A model generated the notes under the pieces. It was not told where the DNA came from. It saw only the letters and a list, made by a program, of their open reading frames with translations, and did not search any database. This document shows positions 54,831-64,000 of a stretch of DNA of 64,000 nt, piece after piece (the first letter of the stretch is position 1; each line of letters opens with the position of its first letter). Source of the stretch: Phoronis australis (Eukaryota; Animalia; Phoronida); the NCBI GenBank assembly GCA_002633005.1, contig NMRA01000164.1, positions 372,489 to 436,488 of the forward strand. The letters run 5' to 3'. A program made the position numbers and the translations under genes.

Positions 54831-55022
54831 ATGCTGTGTGTTCATTTAGTCTATCTAGATGATAACAATTTGAGATGGATGAATATACCCTCGCATTCAG
54901 AAACTGAAAACAGAGAATGTCTGAACCGCCTAACTCTGATGAAAATGTAGCTTTGGGATTTGGCTTCATTCTGTTCTTTTAATGTTAAGGAGTATCTTGT
55001 GATGAAACTGGTTTATTTTCAG

Positions 55023-55141
55023 GTTTTGTCAGTGAAAAGAGGATTCCTGGAAAATTGGATGCTTACTTGAAGAAAACCAACATGGAACTTTACCAGTTGC
55101 TGGTCCAGGCTAAAATATTTGGTGATGAGTACCATGTATAA
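55023..55141 (+). CDS. THTPA: Thiamine-triphosphatase, final coding exon
   Basis: The acceptor tttattttcAG (55021-55022) is phase-compatible with exon 1 and gives GFVSEKRIPGKLDAYLKKTNMELYQLLVQAKIFGDEYHV*. This matches the P-x-K-L-x-x-Y-L...Y-Q-x-L C-terminus of THTPA. It is missing from the ORF track. Confidence 0.9.
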
Positions 55142-56883
55142 TGCGACCCCACCACTTTGATATGAGACTAGGGATGGAATGTGGTGTTTTGTGCTTTAAC
55201 TTTATTCGTGTGTTGAACAGCGAATTTAAAAAGGTTTTATTAGTTTGCACTTCAACATGTAGTGCCTGTTTCTATTAAAGGTTGTGAGTCTGATGGCAGC
55301 CATGTTATTGTAAACGCAACGGTGTGTAATTTTATAGGAGTGAAATGTTGCAACTGATAAGTTGATCATTTTCATATTAGAACTGCACAACTGCCTTGAT
55401 GAGCCACGTTCATAATTTGTGTACAGACTGAAAACGAATTACAATCGTTTTAGTTTAGACCAGACTCAATACCTTTGATAAAACAAACCCCTGGTCAGGA
55501 GGATAATTCAAGTAAGTCATTTCAGATGATTTAAAGTAGTCGTCAACCTTTGTGAATTTTTTTCAAAAATATGATATATATGTGTATTGTACAAAAATAT
55601 TGTTATTTTTGCTGCTACCCATAACATTTCTTTAAGGCATGATTTATGGGCGAAATTTGCGAGTTGGCTTGGGACGACTTCAATAGAACGGTTCCAGATT
55701 ACACAGTGACAACTTGAATCTCATGGTATTTATCCACAATACTGCGTCATCTATCAAGCAGGCCTTTGGCTTAGTTTTTTTCACCTTTGGAGTTTTGCAT
55801 GTTATTTGTTGGTGCATTGCTTTTTTCAAACTATTCTGGACTAGATTGGATCTTTCAATGCCAGTAAAGTTTTACTGTTGTGCTGTGGGCAGCAACTCTG
55901 ATGGCAGAAAGTTGGATAAACTTGACAAGCTTCCATGGATGCGATTTTTTTCAACATGGTTCCTAGAATCAGCCTGACATTCTTAAAGTGAGGCCAATGT
56001 AACGCATTTTCCTTCTCCAAGACAAGAGATAATTCTTCCTGGGTCCGTCTTCTGGTTTTTCAATTACATGACAAATCTGTATCAGCCATTTTAAGGCCTT
56101 TTCATTTTGTCAAGGTTCCTTAAAGGGTCCCGGATTTCGAGATACAGTTTGATGATCATTATTCAGTAGACAAAGCTTGGTCTCAAAATTCAGGACCCTT
56201 GTAAGCGACTATTGCATTGAAGAAATATTTGATAGCTAATTCTTGTTATAGTGTGAGGGTAAATTAAGTCTTGGTACGCTGTTTCCTGTGCAGTGACAGT
56301 AGGAATGTTAAATTTAGGCACGAAGCCATACGCATTTTACGTTTTTTAGAAATTCATGTTCAAGGAAAAGTAGTTCATGTGATTATAAACAATTGTGTGA
56401 CTTTCAAGGGATGACTTAAGATTTTTAAGTCATCAAGGATTCATACGTATATTGTACGTTTTTGGGTTGAAAATCAACAGTTAGAAAGTTATTTGATGAA
56501 ACGTAAAAGGACTTGACAAAGGTTGACTATTACCTCAAATTTTTAGCAGTAATGTTAAAACTCTTGGCCTAATACAAGGGTGACATAATTTTATTAAATA
56601 GATGCTGATTGTCATTCTCTGTATTCTTTGAAATTAAAAATTAGTTAGGTCAGGCCTGAATAAAAGTGCTAAAAATGTCAGCGGAGAATCTTGTCAATTG
56701 TCTGTGCTTCTTTGATAGCTATTTAATTTATTGTTTGTTAGTTATACCCTTTTTATATATGTGATTGTTATATGCTTTTAATATACGCGTGTCATATCAA
56801 GACCAAATATTTCTTTGTGCGATGCCAAAGTAGTACCATACTGGTCTGAGTTAACGTTAGCATTAAGTCAAGCATGTGAGCTC

Positions 56884-57392
56884 AAGGTTGTGTATGACTA
56901 GAAAAACGTGCAAATTTGGCTAAATTCGAAACATCATATCTCAGAAATGGCTGATGGGATTCATGTGAAACTTTTAGATACTATGATTTATGCACTGTTT
57001 TCCAAAAAGTTTTTAGGAATTGTTTTTTAAGTGTTCTATTTTTGCATAAGAGGCCATCAAAAATAGAACTTATATGATTTTCATGAAAAAATCTGAAGCT
57101 GCATGAAACTAAATGATACATTCAGAAGCTGTTTTTGAGATCTCATCTTGACCATTTATTACAATAAAATTTGATCATGTTATTATTAGCGTTGTTGTAC
57201 CTTTCTTTTTTGCTAAATTTTTCGAAAAAGACGCTCTCATGTGACCCAATTATTATCAAGTTGATAAAAAGTCAAAAATCAATGTCTACAGGCTTTCTAC
57301 TATGATCGGAAAATATATAGTAAAAATCTGTAGTTCTGTAGATATTGTGCTAAATAAGGAGCTTTGTCAATATAGTCCTACTTGGGGCTTTA
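56884..57392 (+). mobile_element. Dispersed repeat family C (probable old non-autonomous DNA transposon)
   Basis: Colinear reverse-complement homology to 59875-60392 (aaatggctgat, tcaaaaatag, tttttgagatctcat, tttgatcatgt, tgtagatatt). Confidence 0.75.
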
Positions 57393-59874
57393 AAGGTAAT
57401 ACTTCAAGGAGATAAAGCGATTTACATGTGGTTCTTGATGACTGGTGGTGGAACAGGTTCATAACCACAGAATTTATATAACGCATCAGTTCCGGTGAAC
57501 TTGAACAAAACAGGGAAGCCATGTCATTCCTTTGCTAATTACTTATTGCACGGTAAGAATCTTTAAAATCAATGACTCATTTGACAATTAATAACATACG
57601 TTTCTTCATCTCTGTAATTATAGATATTTCGCCTCTGGCTCAATTTTTAATCGTAATTAGTCACAGAAAATCTACATTTCTTGAGTTGCACTTCAACAAA
57701 ACATGTACGTTGACTTCAAATAATGTGCTGGCCTAGGGCTCACCACCCATTTAGTAATATAAGAAATTGCTTAGGGCCCCCATCAGAGTCCAAGGGGGGC
57801 CCTCATAACTTGTCAGTAGTCATGACTGAAGTCTGTCGTGAAAGGTAACCCTAAGTTGGTACACCTAAGAAACTCATCAGTAAAGCTAGTGGGATCATGT
57901 GAGTTTCTTTCATGGCCAGATCTCGTGTCGTCGTGAAATTCTTGCGTTTACGGAACCCAGACCAGATTAGGACCTAAGGCCAGTTACTGAGAAGTGGCAT
58001 GCAAAATTTCTTTTTGGGATCTTTGCCCTTGCTATTGCCATGGCTGTATATAAACATTGTCATCAGACGTGTAGAAGTACAACCAACTGGACATTCAAGT
58101 GACAACAAACAGCCTTCCGTCATTTTAAGCACCAAGTTTATTCTCGAATAAATAACAGACTGCCAGTTCTTAGTAAACCTAGAAATAACCTCTCATCTAC
58201 GTAAGAAAGAAGCCAAGAACAATCCTATTTGTGTTGAGTAGTGTCAATCTAAAGGTCCTTTCTTGGCCCGAATCTGGGTTTTTAACCACTCTATCTACCA
58301 GTGAGATGGGGTGCATTCACAACTTTATGCATTTTCTTCTCGTTGTGGCCTTCATGTGTGTGTGTTACCACAACCGTATGTTGTACCTGAGTCTCCCGGA
58401 CTCGTATACCTAAATCAAACATGCTTAGGTTGCCTGCACCCACAGGGAAATGCCCGACACAAACAGCTATAACATGAATGCCTGTGCCTGTACATCATGC
58501 CACCATGTATGGGTGTCCTTAGTATTCAGTAATCATCTACACATTGCTACAATCTACAACATGACTTTCTTCTCCAAGTAGGCGAACAATTGACATCAAC
58601 TGCTCAAGTAAACTGTGGTTTACAACTACATTTTCCTTTTTGACCGTTAAGCTGGCCTAGGACCTAGTACTGTTTACTGGGTTCCAAAGATGACTAAAAA
58701 CCAAAAAAAATAATTAGGCCTTTTACTCACATAAAAATAGTCCCCTAATATTCCTTTTGATGATAGGATTCTATTTCCAATGGTAACAAGAACATTGAAA
58801 CCATCAGCGACTCAAGAAAATTATTCAGACTTTATTGGAGTTGGGAATTTGAGAGTGGCATGTGTACTCATTGCCTGTGAATGGAAATGTCATCTCATTT
58901 GCCACAATTTAAGATTGAATAAGCTTGGTAAAACCCCAAAGCACTTCAGTTAAGAATTCTTCATTGATGACTTAATAGTAGTGAAATGTCCCTTTAACTG
59001 TTCATTGAACTCTCTGTACGTGATGTATTAAATTAAAGCTGCGTTCCAGCACCATCTTGAAAACCATAGTCTTTGTTAATGTTTTGGGGTAGAACCCCTG
59101 GTTTTGTTTTGGCAAGTTAGTGTTTCTGAAAACAATTGACACTGTGGACAGAATGTTGTTGATTGGTTCAGTGGGATCATTGCTAACTTGGTTTAATTCC
59201 GATTGAGGTCTTTGGTCCAATTACCACTGTGTGGGTCTTTAAAGTCCTTGCAGATTTTTGTCAACTGAAAGTAATTGGTTCATGTTGATAAGTTGAGAAA
59301 TTAACATCACTGTAAATGCATAAAATTTAGGTCGTTAGAATTTTGATGATATAGGGGTTTAAATTACGGTAATTTTTGTTCAAGCCATCTTTGTGTTTGG
59401 TACAGTAAACATTCTTTAATGTCAGACACTTAGGATCAGATCCACAATTTATAAGTAAGATTATTTAGTGATGAATAATATAAAGTAAAATTGTGCCTAA
59501 TTAAATTTTTTCCTAGGTAAAATGTCTTTCTTCATTAAAAATTGAACAAATGTTTCACGAATTTCCAGTATCCCTAAATTAAGGAATATATCTGTGGTGT
59601 CCCTGACATGGCTTCCCTTCATGCACAGGTTCAATATAAATTTGCAGAATCAATGCATTTCAATGCAATGAATGTACAAAAGAGTAACTTAGTGTATTCA
59701 GAAAGGGTTGCCAGCCCATTGATCAAATACATTTTGTCTCAATGTCAATATGATGTTGAACTTCTCTTGTCAGAAATACACAAATCTTAAGTGTGTGACA
59801 CTCTACACTTGTTATATTGAAATATTCAGAATTCGTCTTCAATCATTATGAACCTTTGGCTTTCTCTCTCTTTG

Positions 59875-60392
59875 GTTTATGTACGACATTAATGACAAGT
59901 ATGCGTATATTGCCAAATATCTACAAAACTACGGATTTCAACTGGTCCAGGGTAAAATTACGCATATTTTTCTTAAAGTAGTAAACTTGCCTGTACAATT
60001 TCCTATTTATTGGGTTACACGATCTTTGTCTATAGTAAAATCTAGCAAAAAAGAAATATACATCGAAAGCAAAACAATGGTATCAATCACATGATCAAAG
60101 TTTATATGCTCTAAATGTTCAAAATGAGATCTCAAAAAACGCAGTTACAGTTTTCTAAAATGTTTAATTTTCATTTTAGGCAATTTTAGATTTCTTTCAT
60201 GAAAAGCATACAAGTCCTATTTTTGATAGCCCCTCATGTAAAAGTGGAACATTTTAAAACCAAATCCTAACTATATTTTGAATAACAGTAAAGCAACTGA
60301 AAGTTTCATATGAAACTGATCAGCCATTTTTGAGAGATGATGTTCCGAAGTTAGCCGAATTTTGAAATTTTTCTAGGGTCCTACGTAACTTT
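59875..60392 (-). mobile_element. Dispersed repeat family C, inverted copy
   Basis: Reverse complement of 56884-57392 with many substitutions. Confidence 0.75.
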
Positions 60393-60900
60393 CACAAGAA
60401 AAAACAATAACAAAACATGAAAGAATTTGGAATAAAATTTAATGGTCAAAGAAACATAAAAACAGCCATTACAAAATAACAAAAGTATAAAATACAAGAA
60501 CAACGGTGTACAATTAACAAGTAATCAAAGCATACATTGAACTTCACGATCACAACCAATAATGCAAAAAATGTTCAATTTTAGATTACTTATACTTTTT
60601 ATCTAGAGAACAATAACATGAGCAGCCAGAGGCGACGTAATTAACTACAACAGCAAGCTGTCTTTGATCAATGCCACCAAATTTTGAGGTACGCAAACCA
60701 GTCGAGTTGTCCACTCTTGACCGGCAAGGGTGTCAATGTAAGAATCTTCATGTACATTGGAAAATAGAAATATTTCATTCCTTAACAAAAGTCAATCTTA
60801 ATAATTTTGTTTATACCACAATATTAGACTCGAATGGCAGATACAACCGTGTAATAACCCATAAAGTTATCTCACTAGTGAGATAACATTTTGGTGGGAA

Positions 60901-60969
60901 ACCGAGGCCGGATTCGAACCCGGGCATCAACATTTGCGAGTAGCCGACTTTACCACTACACCACTCGGC
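60901..60969 (-). pseudogene. tRNA-derived sequence (SINE head or tRNA pseudogene)
   Basis: The minus strand reads GCCGAGTGGTGTAGTGGTAAAG...GGGTTCGAATCCGGCCTCGGT, with Pol III A box TGGTGTAGTGG, B box GGTTCGAATCC and a partial acceptor stem. The anticodon and T arms are non-canonical. Confidence 0.7.
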
Positions 60970-61511
60970 GGCTGACGTCATGGAACGTGAAAATAGAATA
61001 CTTAAATGAGCACGCGCAACAATCGCATGTTAAGCAAAGGGCATTGCACCAACATTTATACGCTATGAAAAATGAGACGCATAATTTCCATAAAAACGAT
61101 ATTTTAATTCAGTGAAATTTTTCTCTTGTGTTCTCTCACTTGTAAATCACCGATCTCCAATTTGAATGCAGGTGTCGTGTGGTCGGAATCCTTTGACTTG
61201 AGCATTATAGTCAGTTACTAGTGGTAACCAACTTTAGCAGACGATATATTCCCGGTCGAAGCTTAGCGTGATAAAATTAATGTGTAGTAAGCTATAATAG
61301 TTGCTAAACCTTAATTTATAGATTCACTTTATTTCTATTTTGTTTTATTTTTCAATTGGTTTTGAGTAAAAGCATTATTTTATAAAAATATCTCGGCTTT
61401 TCTTAAAAGGTTACAACCTCCGACCCCAGGCCTCTGACATAGAAAGTAGTTACAAAGCCGAGAAAGGTAGATCGATTCATTGCAATGTTTCTCGTTCAGT
61501 ATGTGGTATAA

Positions 61512-61674
61512 ATAGATTACTACATGTTCTCAGTTGTTATCCCCCTTATCTAGAGCCCTCGTGGATTTTGTAGAATTATCACGCACGGGGCTAACGCCCC
61601 TCGGCAAAAATTCTCCAAAATCCACTCGGGCTCTAGATAACGGGGGATAACGACTTCGCCATGTAATAATCTAT
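61512..61674. mobile_element. Hairpin (palindromic) MITE-like element
   Basis: ATAGATTACTACATG...GTTATCCCCCTTATCTAGAGCCC...GTGGATTTTG pairs with CAAAATCCAC...GGGCTCTAGATAACGGGGGATAAC...CATGTAATAATCTAT. Confidence 0.85.
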
Positions 61675-61808
61675 ATGTATACTGAAAAACTGACATCAAT
61701 ATAACAACACTTGGTGAAAAGCTGAGCATTTGTGGTGGCAGTGTAAGACATCCACGGTTGAAGTTTTAAGTATTCGGTGTACTGTACTTTAAATAAAACT
61801 TAACGTTT

Positions 61809-62273
61809 TCAGACATTTTTCATAGACTTCCTATGCACCACCCCCGTCTCTGACTGCATCTTCAAGCTAGGTAGAGATTTGGGTTTAAACACTAACTTCT
61901 GTCTCAGATCCTCATTCTCAGCCTTAACACTTGCCATTTCTCTTTTTAAAGCCACATATTCACGGAATGTCTTGTTTTTATCAACTTCGCCAGATGGCTG
62001 TCTTTTCAGCATTGTCAGTTCTTCCAACAATCTTCTGACTTCATCCTCCAGTGATTTGTTAATTTCATGATTTTTGCTAAGTAATTTCTCAAACTGTTCT
62101 AGTTTCAAGCTAAGCATTTCAATTTCCGAAACCTTTTCTTCGTATCTCTCAGCAAATAGGTCTTTTTCCTTAGTTAGCTTTTCTAGTTTCTTCCTTAGTT
62201 TTTCCAATGCCGCAAGATGCTTTTCATCAGAGTTCGACTGACTTTCTTCCAGTTCTTTTTCTAGCTTTGTGAT
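61809..62273 (-). CDS. Terminal coding exon (154 aa + stop) of an unidentified coiled-coil protein
   Basis: Acceptor tcttatccatAG (62275-62274), then a phase-0 open frame ITKLEKELEESQSNSDEKHLAALEKLRKKLEK...SMKNV* rich in E/K/L heptads. AATAAA occurs on the - strand at ~61328-61350. Confidence 0.8.
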   Translation of the reverse strand: MTKLEKELEESQSNSDEKHLAALEKLRKKLEKLTKEKDLFAERYEEKVSEIEMLSLKLEQFEKLLSKNHEINKSLEDEVRRLLEELTMLKRQPSGEVDKNKTFREYVALKREMASVKAENEDLRQKLVFKPKSLPSLKMQSETGVVHRKSMKNV

Positions 62274-62902
62274 CTATGGATAAGACGGAGAGTTGCACTC
62301 AAATGATTACTAAAACAGACGCAATGCAGAGAGCTGATATGTGCCCATCACATGTATCACAAATGGCAAAGATACAGTACCAGCCAAAAGTATTGAGACA
62401 AAATGACACAGAATTCTCCATCATGACGGCTGGGCAGAAGCCAAATTCGTAGTTGAGAATGAAGGGGAATCAACAAGAAAGTTAAAGATGGCTAAGCCAT
62501 TCTGTAATTAGAATTTTGTCACCCTAATACTTATTATCAGTAATTTTTGATGTTTAATAGCAGAATTAGCTGTGATAACAGGGAAAAGGTATTTTTTGAT
62601 TACTTTTGTCTTGTACTGTATAAGGGGTTCTCGTTTTTTCAAACATTTCCACTCAATGGAGTGAGCGAGACTAGTGGACTTAAAAGTGAGTCTATGGAGA
62701 ATAGTACAAGTCATCTGGAAATTGTAAAATGCAATCCTGAAAGATACTGAAATAGCTGCAAAGAAAATTAAACTAGGGGGAACTGCAGCAGTTGCATTCA
62801 TCCAATAATCGATGCCAGTCATATTTACTTACACAGAAACTCATCTGCCATGATTCATCTAAAGGATTGGAAGATAGAGAGGTGGATACCGAAAGTGATT
62901 AA

Positions 62903-63897
62903 AGTCCTTCTCTCACACGTTGTTAACCCTTATTACATGGTTAGAAGATGTTATAAGGATCCAAGAAGTACCTACCCCATAACTAATACACGATCCGTAC
63001 TCGAAAACAGTTTAAATGACCGCGCCACTCACGATTCGCACCCGAAGAAACACCGCCATTTTGAACTTGCCGCGAACCCGGAAGTACAATTCATTCAGGA
63101 ACCCAGGCCGAGAAAACGCCGTCNNNNNNNNNNNNNNNNNNNNNNNNNNNNNNNNNNNNNNNNNNNNNNNNNNNNNNNNNNNNNNNNNNNNNNNNNNNNN
63201 NNNNNNNNNNNNNNNNNNNNNNNNNNNNNNNNNNNNNNNNNNNNNNNNNNNNNNNNNNNNNNNNNNNNNNNNNNNNNNNNNNNNNNNNNNNNNNNNNNNN
63301 NNNNNNNNNNNNNNNNNNNNNNNNNNNNNNNNNNNNNNNNNNNNNNNNNNNNNNNNNNNNNNNNNNNNNNNNNNNNNNNNNNNNNNNNNNNNNNNNNNNN
63401 NNNNNNNNNNNNNNNNNNNNNNNNNNNNNNNNNNNNNNNNNNNNNNNNNNNNNNNNNNNNNNNNNNNNNNNNNNGCCTACGTAAGGAACTAAACACCAAT
63501 GCTATTTTAACATACTAAGTACGCGTAACATTCCAAAAAAATCAACGACCACTAACTACAAACTATAAATACACTACATATGCAAACGAATCACGATATA
63601 TTACTAATAAAACAAAATAATGAAGACTTTTCAAACAAGCCATAGCACATTCAGTTACAAGGAAAAAATGGCGGCGTTCAGGACAAGTTCCTGAACTGAT
63701 GAGCCGGAAATGTGGGTACGGAAATAATGGATGACAACCGGTAATCATACGCTCAGAGAAAAGGGTCAAATACTGTTAAAAAATCGCATTTGGCAAGAAA
63801 GGCGAAAAGAATATAAAGAAAGGGTGCCGAAAATAAGAATTTATGTAGTAAGTACTTTCGGATACTGGAACCACATGGGCAGTTTGCAAGAAGGACT
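62903..63897 (-). mobile_element. Non-autonomous Kolobok-like DNA transposon, copy 2 (intronic, spans an assembly gap)
   Basis: TTAA at 62899-62902 and 63898-63901 with TIR AGTCCTTCT. Reverse complement of both ends of 15754-17539. An N-gap occupies 63124-63473. Confidence 0.88.
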
Positions 63898-64000
63898 TTA
63901 AAATCAACACTGGGAGTACATTGTAGGTCAGAACTGTCCAAAGATGGGCAAGCACTGATCTCTCCTATTTACCAAATTTCATGATTTTTCATCAAACTTG

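Noticed and set aside
60901-60969. Functional tRNA gene
   Set aside because: The anticodon arm has an oversized loop and the T-stem has mismatches, so it is treated as tRNA-derived.
62850-63518. Long ORFs crossing the N-run, and the matching ORFs at 17265-17606 and 15882-16088
   Set aside because: The first set is inflated by Ns. The shared peptides simply reflect two copies of a non-autonomous transposon, with no DDE transposase motifs.

Overview
This is AT-rich, intron-rich eukaryotic (invertebrate animal-like) genomic DNA, not prokaryotic, and most ORFs in the supplied track are spurious. Two protein-coding genes are well supported. The first is a CYTH-family thiamine-triphosphatase gene (THTPA, + strand; coding exons 49105-49717 and 55023-55141, 243 aa), with an acid-free N-terminal extension. 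The second is the last exon of a convergent coiled-coil protein gene (- strand, 62273-61809). A CpG-rich, probably bidirectional promoter lies at about 27.7-28.8 kb. Its minus-strand first exon carries a strong-Kozak 19-aa upstream ORF (MIDTKRQVLLHSHALCRLL) that resembles, from memory, the Mg2+-sensing uORF peptide of PRL/PTP4A phosphatases; that gene's main CDS was not found in the window. The rest is rich in non-autonomous transposons: Helentron/HINE-like elements with ~145-bp internal repeats that each carry a CTCF-like motif, two Kolobok-like TTAA elements, a foldback MITE with a 5-bp TSD, hAT- and Harbinger-like MITEs, a LINE 3' remnant and a tRNA-derived sequence. There are also simple repeats and assembly artefacts (a ~570-bp duplication around a single N, and a 350-N gap). 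Family assignments come from reading the sequence by eye; no database search was run.
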